From positions 31,483 through 95,482 of the forward strand of contig NW_021832853.1 of the NCBI RefSeq assembly GCF_006345805.1: DNA of 64,000 bases. Reading direction: 5' to 3'. The position numbers and the translations under genes were made by a program. The stretch comes from Octopus sinensis. Its lineage: Eukaryota. The notes under the pieces were generated by a model. The model made no database searches. It had not been told where the DNA came from and saw only the letters and a program-made list of their open reading frames with translations. Positions 1 through 12,851 of the stretch are shown piece by piece (the stretch's first letter is position 1; every line of letters starts with the position of its first letter).

Positions 1-993
1 ACAACTGATACTCCATATGATATCTATGTCAAAAAAGTATCCACTATACTGCTTTGTAAAGACTTTCCTTTCATAATTGTGACAATTTGATCTTAGAATT
101 GATTCTATAGACTATATTTCCATTGTTTTTTTTCACTTTGCTAATATTATCTATCAGCTACAATTCCTGACAGAAGTATCACCTTTTTTGTGGAACATAG
201 TGACAATAGGAACAATGAAAATTTCAACTCAGAATGCACAAATCCAGAACTGATACTGCAAGGCATTTAGTTCAATACTCTAACACTTAAACTAATCAAT
301 CACTCAAAAGTTGACTTCACTGGGATTTGAACTGGAATATATACCATGAGGCATTCTATCTAACACTGAAACAATTTTGCCAATTTGCTGCCTGTACAAA
401 CAGAAGTATGACTTCTACTGTTGGGTTTAGAGCTCTATGTACTTTAACATCATCCAGTTTGCTTCCAGTATAATGGTTAAACTGCTACAATACTGAGTAG
501 TATAACTAGTAATGATATACAGAGCAATAGTAGGAGAAATTATGATAAACACAGACATATTATCTTTTTTCAATTACTAATTCCACTCAGTAGAATGTAG
601 CCATACTGGGCAACTACCTTAAAGTATTTTAGTTGAGTGAATCAACTCCAGTATATTCTTTATTTTCTTTTTTAAGTGTGATACTTATTGTATCAGTGTT
701 TTATGCCAAAGTGTTAAGTTACAGATACACATAAACACACCAACACTGAATGTCAGGTGGTAGTGGTGGACAAACAGACACACACACGCATGCATGCATG
801 ATGGGTTTCTTTCAGGTTCCATCTACTAAATTCACTCACAAGGCTTTGGTCAACCCAAGGCTATAAGAATGTAATTCTGAAAGAGACTAATAATAGTCAC
901 AAGAAAATAACATTGCTTAATGTTTTCTATTACACATTTTCTAATCATTGACAAAATTTGGAGGAAAATGTTTCAAATATAACAGAGACTTAC

Positions 994-1152
994 TTGAAAT
1001 GATAGTTTCAGCATTGCCCACACAGATGGCCAGAAAGTATTCAAGGCAATTGTGTAGCCAATGCAACTCAAAAAATTGATGATTATCATCACTACATGGA
1101 ATGGATGTATATGTACTTCATGTCCCATAGAAATACGATATATTGATAGACC
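994..1152 (-). CDS. GDPD5-like: GDPD gene B, coding exon 4 (GLSIYRISMGHEVHIHPFHVVMIIINFLSCIGYTIALNTFWPSVWAMLKLSFQ)
   Basis: 159 nt, phase 0/0, bounded by ttaacAG and GTaagt. Translation resembles the transmembrane segment of GDE2/GDPD5 (LALCHIAVGQQMNLHWLHK...WEVLLISLQ, recalled from memory). Confidence 0.85.
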
Positions 1153-1526
1153 CTGTTAATGATAGCATAAAATGGATGGAAGCATTGAAATAATCTTAAG
1201 TTACAGCATGAGGTAAAAATGGATTAAAGGGGAATTATAATCATAAAGTTTATAAAATGGAGGAATTAAAAAATAATTTATTCGTGCATAATTCCAAATG
1301 ACAACTTAATGAGATCTGTTTGGTATTAGGGTCCTTAATTTGCTGCCACACAGAGTAGCTGAACCTGAACCATATAGTTAGGAAGTGAACTTCTTAAGTA
1401 CACAGACATGTCCATATATAATATATATATATATATATACTTTATTTAAATAAAGCATATACTCTACCTCTGGTATTTGAGTACTCTTTTTTCCGCCTTA
1501 TTTCACATTATGTGCTTGCTCCAGTG

Positions 1527-1590
<64 letters not shown>

Positions 1591-1626
1591 GTATACACAT
1601 ACACACAATCTCCATGCAAACACACA

Positions 1627-1701
<75 letters not shown>

Positions 1702-1702
1702 C
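1527..1702. repeat. Compound (TA)n/(CA)n microsatellite
   Basis: Long TA runs at about 1527-1584 and 1629-1676 and a CA run to 1702. This is the source of the spurious YI-repeat ORFs. Confidence 0.95.
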
Positions 1703-1885
1703 AATATTACAAGCACTTTAGAATTCAGTGTGAATCAGGAAAAAACTGATGCATCATGACATTTCTTCTCATACATAGACTTTACACTGTTAAATATTTT
1801 AGATGATGTCAATATCAATGCAGATCTTCCTGTTGACATACAATGAATCAATATATTGTTATAAATATTTCTTTTACCTCCAATT

Positions 1886-2500
1886 ATCATCATCATCATC
1901 ATCATCGTATAACGTCCGTTTTCCATGCTGGCATGGGTTTGACAGTTTGATTGAGGTCTGGAAATCCAATGGCTGCACCAGGCTCCAATCTAATGTAGCA
2001 ATGTTTCTATAGGTGGATGCCCTTCCAAATGCCAACCACTCCAAGAGTGTAGTGGGTGCTTTCTACATGCCACTAGTACAGGAGCCAGTTAGGCAGGCCT
2101 GGTATCAATCCTGTTTGGATAGTGCTTTTTACGTACTGCCAGCATGGGAGCCAGTCAGGGGGCACTGGCATCAGCCATGTTCAGATGGTACTTTCTACAA
2201 GCCACCAGCATGGGAGTAGGTCAGGGGACACTAGCATCGACCACATTCAGATTGTACTTTTTATGTGCTACTGGCATGGGAGACAGTCAGGGTGCACTGG
2301 CATCTACCATGTGTGGATGATGAATTTTGCATGCCACTGAAATGGGAGCCAGTCAGGGGCCACTGGCCACAGCTACGATTTTCATTTTACTTGACTCAAC
2401 AGGTTTTCTCAAGCATATCATATCACCTGACGCATCAAGCGTACTTTTCAAATGGGCCAGACATGCAACACTGGCACTGGCCATGGCTGCAATCTCACTT
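1886..2500 (-). mobile_element. 3' end of an RTE-type LINE or LINE-derived repeat with (CAT)n tail and internal ~66-bp tandem units
   Basis: (CAT)n-cgtataacgtccgttttccatgctggcatggg terminus. Related copies occur near 3780, 6035, 7025-7510, 42200, 55330-55610 and 60000-60110. About five degenerate ~66-bp units span 2067-2400. Confidence 0.7.
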
Positions 2501-2526
2501 TATATATATATATATATATGTATGTA

Positions 2527-2561
<35 letters not shown>

Positions 2562-5232
2562 ATGTACACACACACACACACACTTGTATATCTGTTACAA
2601 ACCAAAGAGGGAACCTATACATGGTCACTCAACTTGCTAGATGTAGCATAGCCATCATATATCATTTACCAAAAAATACATATGTGGTTTGTACCCAACC
2701 AATGGACCTCTTTGTCACTTCTGTTTCAAATTTCTGCTTCAAATATCTAACCTCAAAATAAATGTTATAAATACCCTTTTTATACTCTTCAAATGTCTGA
2801 ATCATCATTAAAAACAAATAGGTAATAATGTTAAGAAGCAACTAAAGAGAGTACCATCTTTTTTCGCTGTTTGATATTTTAAAACACTACAGTAAGATCA
2901 TGGCTTTATACCCCCCCCCCCCCCGAATAATGACGTGTCATTGCAAGTGAAAGATATAAAACATGATCAACCAGCTTATTGTTTCATCAATATTTCATTT
3001 GTTTAAAAGTATCAATGTATTTTATATTATTGCGAGATGATAGTCACTTCTAACCAAACCAGTTCTTCTGGATGAATTAACATTGTATATTGTATATTAT
3101 ATATACTGTCTTTTGTAATAACATCATGTTTTATGGGAAAGATAACATCCTTCTGACACTTTGAAGCAGCAGCTGATTATATAGTCTATATCTTGTTGCT
3201 ATGCAATGTTGGCACAATAAATATTTGATAACATATATCTATTTGAAAGCATTGTTTACAGAGGCAAGTTTTGTCACATTCTGCTGTCATAACATACAAA
3301 GACAGCAATACATTTACTTCATATTAGCCTCTAAGAGGAAAGTAATGTTGCTGAAAATTATGAGAACTTCAACTTGTAACAAAGACAATTTAATAATCTT
3401 CAAGGCCTAGGTTTAGGTAAAGATACTGAATTTAAAAAATGCTATGACTGTAACCACTGTATAAATGAATTTCTATCTTGATCTGACCTTGGACTTGACT
3501 GTATATTGAGATTATAAAAAGTCATAGCATTACAATAAACAATGGTCTATCTTTCTTCCTTCTCCATGATATTAAAACACATTTGGAAGAAGGTTGTGAA
3601 CAAGATTCATAAAAATAAAACACATCGCTACACTGAGATTAAAAATAATTCCATCTCTAGCGATAAAACTTTTTCATTTTGTTTTGTATTTTTAATTAGT
3701 TTGAACAATAAAATTTGTGCATTTGTACATCTTTTCCATGCTTGTATTGGCTGCACAGAACATATATATATATTTCATTATCATCATTTAACATCCGTTT
3801 TCCATGCTGGCATGTGTAGGACCGTTTGATAGGAGCTGGCCAGCTGAAGAGCTGCACAAGGCTCCAAGGCTATTTTGTCATGGTTTCTTACAGCTAGATA
3901 TCCTTCCTAATGCCAATCACTTTATAGAGTGTTTGGAGTGCTTTTATGTAGCTCCAGCACAAGTGCATTTACATAGTACCAGTATAGGTGCTTTTTACAT
4001 GGGACTAGCACCTATAAGCCTATGTGACTAGGAATGTACAGCTAGAGAGGGATGCAGCATTCATACCTGTATGCAAGGACAGCCACAATTTTGCTTAGCT
4101 TGATGTGTCTTCTCAAGCACAGCAAACCTCCAGGAGTCTCAGTCCCCTGTCATCCCAGAGACTCCTATGCTTATATTGAATATTGAGAATGAGTGCTCAA
4201 CCATGCGTTGGTGGATGAATTTTTTTCATTTATGAGTTAACAAAGATACCAATTGTTTCATGTGAAGAGATCCTCATATTTGTTCCAAAATGGAGATAAG
4301 TACCAACACTTCCATGTGGTTCACTTTAACAACTGTGAAAATCTCTTCACTGGCAGCCTTGTTAACCTACAAATAAAGTGTGTGTGTGTGTGTGTGTATA
4401 ATCACTGTAATGACATGAATGTTGGATTTTGTTATACATTGTTGATTACAATGTGCTTCCTTGGACTGTTGTAGCTTACGAATGATGCCACCCCACTGGC
4501 CAGGTGGGCAAGCCAACATTCCACCTGAATGGGACACTAGTCCACTGCAGGATTACACATTTACAGCTGAGTGGACTGGAGCAACATGAAATGATGTGTT
4601 TTGCTCAAGAACACAATGCACCACTGGTCCAAGAATCAAAATCACAATTTTGCAATCGTGTACAACACCATAACAACTGGGACATGTGGTTACACACACA
4701 CATGTTTGTGTGTGTATTTATTTTCATGGCGATATGATTGAGAAGTTCACTTCCCAACCATGTGATTTTGGTTTCATGGCACTTCAGGTCAGCGTTCTCC
4801 AACTATAGTTCTGAGCTGACCAAAGCTTTGTGGGCAAATTGTTGGCCACAAACATCATCATCATCATACAAGTGATATCATTAGTTTGCAATCTTCTATG
4901 AAAACATGTCCAGTCCATATGTTGTTTGAAGAATTAAAGGAAATTTTACCTTGCTTTGATACAGTTGAGGGTTGGTGATTGCAAAAGCATCCAGCTACAT
5001 ATAATTTACCTCAACAAAAAATGACAGTAGTCCATAAACAATCATTAACAATGTGCTGCATGGCTGACAGAGAGACTTAACTCTGAAATGCCCAGTTCAC
5101 TTAAATGCAAGTAGAAACTACTAAGTACTAGTACTATACTAAGGTTGACTGTATTAGTTCTATGACTTCTCCTCTGGTACTTATAGAAGTGAAATGGCAG
5201 TGTGTACATGACATGAGCTATGAGTGGGTTGA

Positions 5233-5526
5233 GTCTGTTTCAAGAGGTTTTGCAGTGTTTCAGAGTAGAATGTTTTATTGGTCATTATCAAAGTTCATTT
5301 AGATGTTGGGAATAGATACCAAATTATCTAGAAATGTTACTTATCCAGGAGAGAAGATTTCTCTGTTGTCTGTTTCATCATAAGTCTGTTTCAAGTGTTT
5401 TTGCCGTGTTTCAGAATAGAATGTTTTATTGTACATTATCAAAGTTCATTTATATGTTGGGAATAGATATCAAATTATCTAGAAATGTTACTTATCCAGG
5501 ACAGAAGATTTCTCTATTGTCTGTTT
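5233..5526. repeat. Local direct duplication (~143 bp, period 151) in a GDPD-B intron
   Basis: gtctgtttcaag...atctagaaatgttacttatccagga...gtctgttt occurs at 5233-5375 and 5384-5526 with few substitutions. Confidence 0.9.
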
Positions 5527-5900
5527 AATATCATAAAGCTGGCAATATGCATCAGCCCTTTAATGTTCATTATGGTTAAAGATGTATTTACATTTTCACA
5601 TTTGGTCTGGTAAGTAGACGTTTACATTGTAAACTTCATTACACAAATTGTTACATTACAACCCTTTCTCATCAATTGACCATACATCTACAGCAAGGAG
5701 TCATTACAGTTCATTATAATGCAGTACACAAAATAAAACTAAAAATTAAACACAAACTGAAGGAAACATACATAGATATATCATGAGTAAAAATGTTGTA
5801 TCATGTACTCTAAATCCAGTGATCTAACATAGCTAAATTATATTTTTTTGTTGTTATTTCTGTGAACTGGAAAAATAATGTAAAAGTGAAAGCAACTTAC

Positions 5901-5997
5901 CACTAAAATTGCAAGATACCCAGACCCAATCCCTATTCTGCACAGTATCATTGTATACCATGGTAAATATTTCAGTTTAAACTTTACTGTAAAATAC
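5901..5997 (-). CDS. GDPD5-like: GDPD gene B, coding exon 3 ((W)YFTVKFKLKYLPWYTMILCRIGIGSGYLAILV)
   Basis: 97 nt, bounded by ttttccAG and GTaagt. Phase joins the 8555-8658 exon (TG+G=W) to the 994-1152 exon in frame. Confidence 0.85.
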
Positions 5998-6199
5998 CTG
6001 GAAAAGCAATAAATGAAAACTTATTAAATCATCATTATCATCACCATTTAACGTCCATGTTCCATGCTAGCATGGGTGGGACTAGAAATGAAAATAATCT
6101 TGTGGTTTGTTTTGTTTTGGCTTTTGTTTGTGTTTTTAATTGTTGAGTGTGGTGGAAAGGGCAGTGTCCCTGGCCTTCACAGGTCCTTCTATTATAGAT

Positions 6200-6450
6200 C
6201 AGTGGTACTCAAGTGGGGTCCACATGACCCTTGGGGGGTCTACATAAGATTTTGTTGCTAAAATTATGTGTAATAAATAGATTATACTTCTACAATAAAC
6301 AAAATATTTCAACAATTTTTTAATATAATTCTTAATATTATTTAATTATAAAAATATAAGATTTTTAAAACTTCAAATGATTATGAGGGCCCATCTGAAT
6401 AAAATAGGAATGAAAAGGGTCTATAGATAAAAAATGCTTGATAACCACTG
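6200..6450. mobile_element. hAT-like MITE
   Basis: CAGTGGT...ACCACTG termini. A second partial copy of the same internal sequence lies at about 59818-59990. Confidence 0.6.
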
Positions 6451-8554
6451 TTTTATAGCAATGAAACTAATACTGTTAATGTTTGTTTTGAACCTTTGTA
6501 ATGAGAAGAGAAACAAATCCAGAGAGCCAATGTGTGCTTGGATGGGTCAGACAGAATTTATTGAGGAAGATTTTCTACTAACAGATGCCCTTCCTGTGGT
6601 TAGCTCTCACCTGCTTCTAGGCTAGGTAATATTTCCTATGGCCAGACATGTTATTTCATAGAAGACTGGAAATTAACAAAATTATTCGTGCAATGCTGAT
6701 GCTTGGCAAGGGTACACACACATATGGTGGGCTTCTTTCAGTTTCTGTCAACCAAATCCACTTACAAGACTTTGGTTGGCTCAGAGCTATAGACACTTGC
6801 CCAAGGTGCTGCACAGTGGGACTGAACCCAAGACACATGTCTGCACCTAATATATAAATCAAAAATATTTCCTGAGTAGTAAATTCATATTTTGAAATAT
6901 TTCAGCCTAATTTACATTTCCTTAAACAATATCAGATGTGTAAGTTTCCCTTGTGAGTTTAGCTCAGAAAATATAGAAATATGATCTATTCTTTTGATCT
7001 GTACTTCAAATTGTTTTTTGTTGTAATCCAGCTGGATGCCCTTCCTAACACCAACCATTCTGAGAGTGTAGTGGGTGCTTTTACATGCCACTGGCACGAG
7101 AGCCAGTCAGGTGGTACTGGCAACGGCCACGCTCAAATGGTGTTTTTTACATGCCACCTGCACAGGAGCCAGTCCAGCAGCACTGGCAACGACCAGTATA
7201 GTTCATTCAAAACAAGAAACTGCTCTGCACACCCTCTCATACTTTAACCCTTTATCTCCTAATATAAAACCACTCTCCCATCCCCCAGGGTTCATAGTCT
7301 TGCAAGCTGCATGATGACCCCAATAAAGCTGGTGACATGTAAAAAGCATCCAGTACATGCTGTAAAGTGGTTGGTTTTAGGAAGGGCATCCAGCTATAAA
7401 AGTCAAGCTAAGCAAATATTGGAGCACAATGCAGTCCTTGGACCAATCAGATTCTGACATACTGCCCAGGAACATGGACCTTAAATGATGATGATGATGA
7501 TGATGATGATGATAATATCAATAAAGAGGAAAAAGAAAAGGAAAAATTGGGAAAATGATGATGAGCCCTGACAATTGTATAATGCTGAGAATTCTGCAAA
7601 AATTATTATATTTCACTTGGGATAAAAGTCAAAATTAATATCCACAGATGGACAAAATTAAATACTGAAGGGTATTTAATGTAGTGCTTCATCATCATAA
7701 TATTGTTGACAATAGTGGTTATATTCATACTTATTTTTTGTTGTTGTTCTCATACAGGACTCTTTAATGTAGCAGTTTGGCAAAAAAGACCAACAGAATA
7801 AGTACCAGATTAAAAAAACAAGTAATGAGAAGCAAACTCTTCAAGCTGGTGCTCCAGAATAGCCACAGTCCAATGACTGAAATTGGTAAAAGGTAAGTTT
7901 ACTATTTATGAAGTGAAATAAAGACCTTTTATTGATCTTGGTGGGTTTACATCAACAAGCATACATTATGTTGTTATCATGTCATTGATAATGATCATGG
8001 TAAGGACCAAACACTGAGGCATGTGGCTTAATGGTTAGCATATTCAGTGCTCCAATTTTAAATCAGTCTTTCAAAACTAAAACAAGAAATATATAAAATA
8101 TATTAGATATCTAAATATATATTAAAAAAGTACATTAAAATTGCCATCTGTGTATCATACAAAATGTATATACACTGTTAGAAGGTATGAATTATTGCAT
8201 TAAAATCACAACTTATATAGGACTGAGATGAATATCATCACTGCAGTGACTCACCAGAACTACAAACACATTTCATCTTTGTTGAGCTTTCTCAATGCTA
8301 GGCACTTGCTTCAACAACACACACATGTGTGCATGCGCGCATGCACACGCACAAGCACATATAGAGAGGCAGGCATGGCTGTGTGGTACAAAGCTTGCTT
8401 CCCAACATCATGGTTCCGGGTTCAGTCTTACTGTGTGACACCTTGGACAAGTATCTTCTACTATAGCTTAGGGTGGAAACTGAAAGAAGCCTATCATACA
8501 CACACACACACACACACTTCCTCTAATATAATTGGAAACAAATTTGATACTCAC

Positions 8555-8658
8555 CAATTAAAATCATCTGAATAATTATCAAGCACAAGCCAGAAGTACA
8601 AGTAGAAAGTCATATAAATAAAAGTAATCAGGAGAATTACTAGTATGATTAAGTCTTT
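8555..8658 (-). CDS. GDPD5-like: GDPD gene B, coding exon 2 (KDLIILVILLITFYYMTFYLYFWLVLDNYSDDFN(W))
   Basis: 104 nt, bounded by ttgcAG and GTgagt. Matches the family motif WLYFW..HNDYDEFNW of TM1. Confidence 0.88.
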
Positions 8659-10129
8659 CTGCAACAAAGACAAAATAATAACATTGTGATTAGTACTTAA
8701 ATGAATGGTAACAGCACAAAATTGGAAGCTGACTGAAATTTTACTCTTTACAATAAAACAATTACAGAAACAATATTAAATTAATTATATTAAAATATTT
8801 TTAAAAATCATAGGCAGGAACTAATAACATGCATGGGATAACTTTCTTCTAAACAACAACAACAACAAATGTAAATCATTTCAGAAGGAAAGAAAATTGA
8901 TTTTATTATATTGATTTATAACAGGCACATGGCCACACATTTTGGAGGAAGGAACAGACCATCATTTCAACCCCAGTGGTTGTAAGGAAATTGTTTTATC
9001 AAATCCTGAATGATGAAAGACATATTTACTCTCAGTGAGATTTAGGCTCAAAATGTAAAGAAGCATAACTATGTTACTTACATGTGTGCAAATTGCACCC
9101 CTAATTTTGTGTTAAACCTTGGTACAAAGGTTGCATAGAGTATTAGTTTTAGCTTTGCCCCTCATATAAATAGGACCCTAGGTTTTCTAGTATAAAATAG
9201 TGCAAATTATATGGGTAAATATAATAATTACTACAAGGCATTTCATTCTATTGATTTTATAATATATTCATTTCTAACATTGACAGAAGGCCTCATATTT
9301 TGGAGGAAAGGTTATCATCACTTAAATCAACTGCAGTACTTATCTGCTAGTTTATTTTATAAAACCTGAAAGAAAGAAAGACAAAGTTAGCCTCAGTAAA
9401 ATTTGAGCACCGAAAGTATAGAGATGCAACTGAATATCATACAGCATTTTGGCTACCCTTCTTCTAATTCTGCTAAGACAAAACTAATCAAGAATAAACT
9501 TTTGCTTTGAAGGATTGACAGAATTATCAAGAGAGCAATCCGTATGTTTTTGGCTGCAGGACAAAGGGAAGTATAGGGAGAAAATTACTTTCTTATATCA
9601 AGTAAAATTTAACTGAAAAAAGCATAAAGTTAATAGATAAAAGTTATCACACTGTAGTGAGCAAAAAAGAATATTTGAGAAGAATGTCCTTAACAGTAAT
9701 GACAAATCTTATCAAGAAGAGTAAGGGAGAGAATTTTGAAATTCAAATGGATAAAAAATTAATAGAAGAGTGAGTCTGAAATTTGGGTGGAGGGCTAGTT
9801 GATTATATAGACTTCCCAGTACTCAACTGGCATTTATTTTATCAACCTTAAAAAGGTAAAAGACAAAACTGACCTCAGCAGAATATTAACTCAGGACATG
9901 AAGGCAGACAAAATGCCACTAAGCATTTTGTTCAGCATGCAAACGATTCTGCCACTTTACCATCTTTATAATAATAATAACAACAACAACAATGACGATG
10001 ACGACAACGATTTACTCTTTTACTAGCCACAAGGGCTCACATACAAAATATTAATTGACATACAACGACATAAAAGACAAAAAAAAGACGATTCAATGGG
10101 TTTTCCATATATACACAATGTAATAACAA

Positions 10130-10470
10130 TAAAAATTGAACAAATTAAAACTCCCAATAGGGGAGGCATTTTAAGGTCCTTGTGGAAAAACCCACAAAAG
10201 CCACGGGTACCTGAACAACAAGGCAAGAGCCCTACTCCTTTGATTCTCATTTTACAGGTGCATGCTCAGAATTGGTCCTTTCACACTGGACATTCTTCCG
10301 ATATTCACCCACCTTCCAACAAACTTACTACAAGGCAGAACTTCCCTCTCCACCCTCAACTTCCTTTTCAAGTGAAACTTGAAAAAGTTGATGAGAGTTT
10401 GGCCAAAGAAGAAAGTGTTTGTCTTTAGCCCTTTCAAACGGGTCCACCATACTACCTTTTTTGCCAAGGC
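10130..10470 (-). mobile_element. Degenerate 3' fragment of a LINE (Tx1/L1-like C-terminus)
   Basis: Translation ...WWTRLKGLK..FFFGQTLINFFKFHLKRKLRVEREVL..SKFVGRWV resembles Tx1-clade ORF2 C-termini, judged from memory. Confidence 0.4.
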
Positions 10471-10663
10471 AACACTAACATCCTCTCAACAATTAGCCAG
10501 AGATGATTTTTAAAATGAAAATATCTGAAATAAACTCAACTGCCCTCACAAATGAGAACACTAAAAATGAACCCAACCTCGGCAGAATTTGAACTCAGAA
10601 CATAGCAACAGGTGAAATACCGCTAAGCATTTCATCCAGTGTGCTAACGATTCTCACCGCCTG

Positions 10664-10701
<38 letters not shown>

Positions 10702-11494
10702 TCCTTTCTCTACAATATATGATTGCCACTCATAAATAATACCTACAGTAAGATGTCTAACTAGCTGTTACTTGCTGTCTCTGTGTGTGTGACTAGGAAC
10801 AGCTTGTATAAAAACAATGCAATAACAACTATGAAAGTAATAATAAATATTATTAATATCTCTTTTATTGGCCGCAAGGGCTAATGTAAAGCTACATAAA
10901 ATTACATGACACAACATAAAAGACAAAAACAAGACAAGAAAAACAACAATAACAACAACAACATCGAAAAATACCTTAGGAATGAGAACCTAGGTTCAAA
11001 ATTTCCCCAAGACACCTGATGAAGGCTGGAGGGTGTATCAGTTAAAACATTGTGTTAACAACAAACAAGATGAGGACAAATATCTATCAAATGTAAATAA
11101 AGTTATGCCACTTGTTTATATATTTTTTTCATTTATCATGCAATGGAACACAGCACACGCCAAATTTGTATTAGCAAGTAAGTTTTTATAGATATATATA
11201 TGTATATATCTTTCTATGTATGTATAATATTAACGAGTATCAAAACAATGGCTATTATGAATGCATATTTTACAAATTTTATTACATTGAAAAATTAGAA
11301 TTTCAATAGAATTTTGATTATGCTTAAACCTTCACTCCATAATTTCATTAACAAATGAAACTATTATAAAAAATACGGTGTTTAAAACTAATTGCCTCCT
11401 AACGGAAATACTGAATAAAGATCTTATACAAACTTCAAAACTCGTGTTACATAATGATAAAATAAGGACTGAAATTTGAATGATGCTTATATTT

Positions 11495-11950
11495 AATAAT
11501 AATAATAATAATTATAATTATAATAATGAAATTATTGTATACAGTGCTCAAGTGTACTACAACTTGTCAAAATTGTTTATAAAGCATATGTAGTAATGTA
11601 CAAATGTTTGAAAAGTCAACAGTGTATGAATCAGATACATGCTTGCGTTTGTATGGAGGGGAGAAAATCAGGTGTAGTGTTGGCAAATCTCAGGAAGCAT
11701 GTAAGGTTTGAAGGATGCAGTGCTCTGACAACTAACAACTAATGCCAGCAGTTTGTTCCATACTTCAGCAACTCTTAGCGTGAAAAAATGTTTCCGAAAG
11801 TCATTGGAGCTATGCTGTTTTCTGACTTTGTAAACATGTCCACAGGTGTTAGACAGGTGGAATTTGAAAAGGTGCTCAGAGTTATTGTCAGTAAGATGGT
11901 TTATAATTTTATGGGTGTCTGCCAAGTCAGTTGCCAGACGTTGGAGTTTA
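11495..11950 (-). mobile_element. CR1/L2-type LINE 3' end with (TAA)n tail
   Basis: ORF 11668-11925 (..TCGHVYKVRKQHSSNDFRKHFFTLRVAEVWNKL..) shows the TRGH/RK.FF..RV..WN.L C-terminal motif. A simple-repeat tail lies at about 11495-11530. Confidence 0.75.
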
Positions 11951-12202
11951 TAAAAGAAAAATTATAGAATATTCAAGAATATACCCCAACAAAAATAAAA
12001 GAAAACAAAAGTTTCAACTGAACAAAAAGTAAAAGAAAAGCAATACAAAAATAGCAAAATAGAAAAGGAAGCTTCTAAAAAGATAAAAAAGAAAAACTGA
12101 AATATTACCAAAAAGTAACATTCATAAGTAAGAAGGGAAAAATATGACATCTCAGTAAAGACAGAAGTTTACAAATATCCAAAATATTCATTGGCATCTT
12201 AC

Positions 12203-12271
12203 CGTCGTCAGCTGATGATGCTTTGCCATGGAGGATGCTGGCAGTTCTGATGGCTTCTCTTCTGCAGACAT
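12203..12271 (-). CDS. GDPD5-like: GDPD gene B, probable first coding exon (MSAEEKPSELPASSMAKHHQLTT)
   Basis: ATG at 12271, 23 codons, then a GTaaga donor in phase 0 compatible with the next exon. Pyrimidine-rich acceptors lie upstream at 12334 and 12541, so the exon also carries 5' UTR. Confidence 0.65.
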
Positions 12272-12632
12272 TATAAATTAGTTTTTCGGCTGTTTATTAG
12301 AATTCAGACAGGACTAGTGTATTACACTTAACACTGATAAAAACAAAGAAAAGAGAACTTTGTCGGTTATTTTATCCAAAGACTGCTTGATGCAATGCTG
12401 TTAGATACATCAACTTCTCTCTGATATCATCCTCAGGCTGAATTGATACCGTCTTATAAAGACTGCTTTAAGATTAGGCTATTAAATGAGAAAAGTGTTC
12501 ACATGTACAGTTTCTCAAGTTAGCATCTGCTTCAAAAGAACTAAACAGAAAGGCAACAAAAATATACAAACAATATCAAAGAAAAAAAACACATCCAAAG
12601 CTTTAGAAAAGATTTGTGAGTGGAGACTTTAA

Positions 12633-12851
12633 CCCTTTCATTATCGACTGGCTGAAGCCGGCTCTGACACTGAGTACAAATGTCTTGTTTTCATAAATTT
12701 TGAATTAAAATCTTCCACCAAAATTTAGTCACAATTTATGTTCCTAACACTAGCTTAATGATAACTAAGTTATTTTACTAAATTCTTTGTTATATTTAAA
12801 GTAATTCAAAGGAACACAGAGCTTCTCAAAATAAATACAGTAACAAAAGCA
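12633..12851. mobile_element. piggyBac-type MITE
   Basis: Flanked by TTAA at 12629-12632 and 12852-12855, with a CCCTTTC 5' terminus and a decayed reverse terminus. The internal sequence is shared with 54940-55094. Confidence 0.65.

Noticed and set aside
1477-1749. ORFs rich in YI/HT/CV repeats (also 2265-2761, 31748-31996, 44036-44263, 46104-46559)
   Set aside because: They are translations of (TA)n/(CA)n microsatellites.
2067-2400. CRISPR-like repeat-spacer appearance
   Set aside because: Whole units are homologous with no unique spacers, the context is a eukaryotic LINE, and there are no cas genes.
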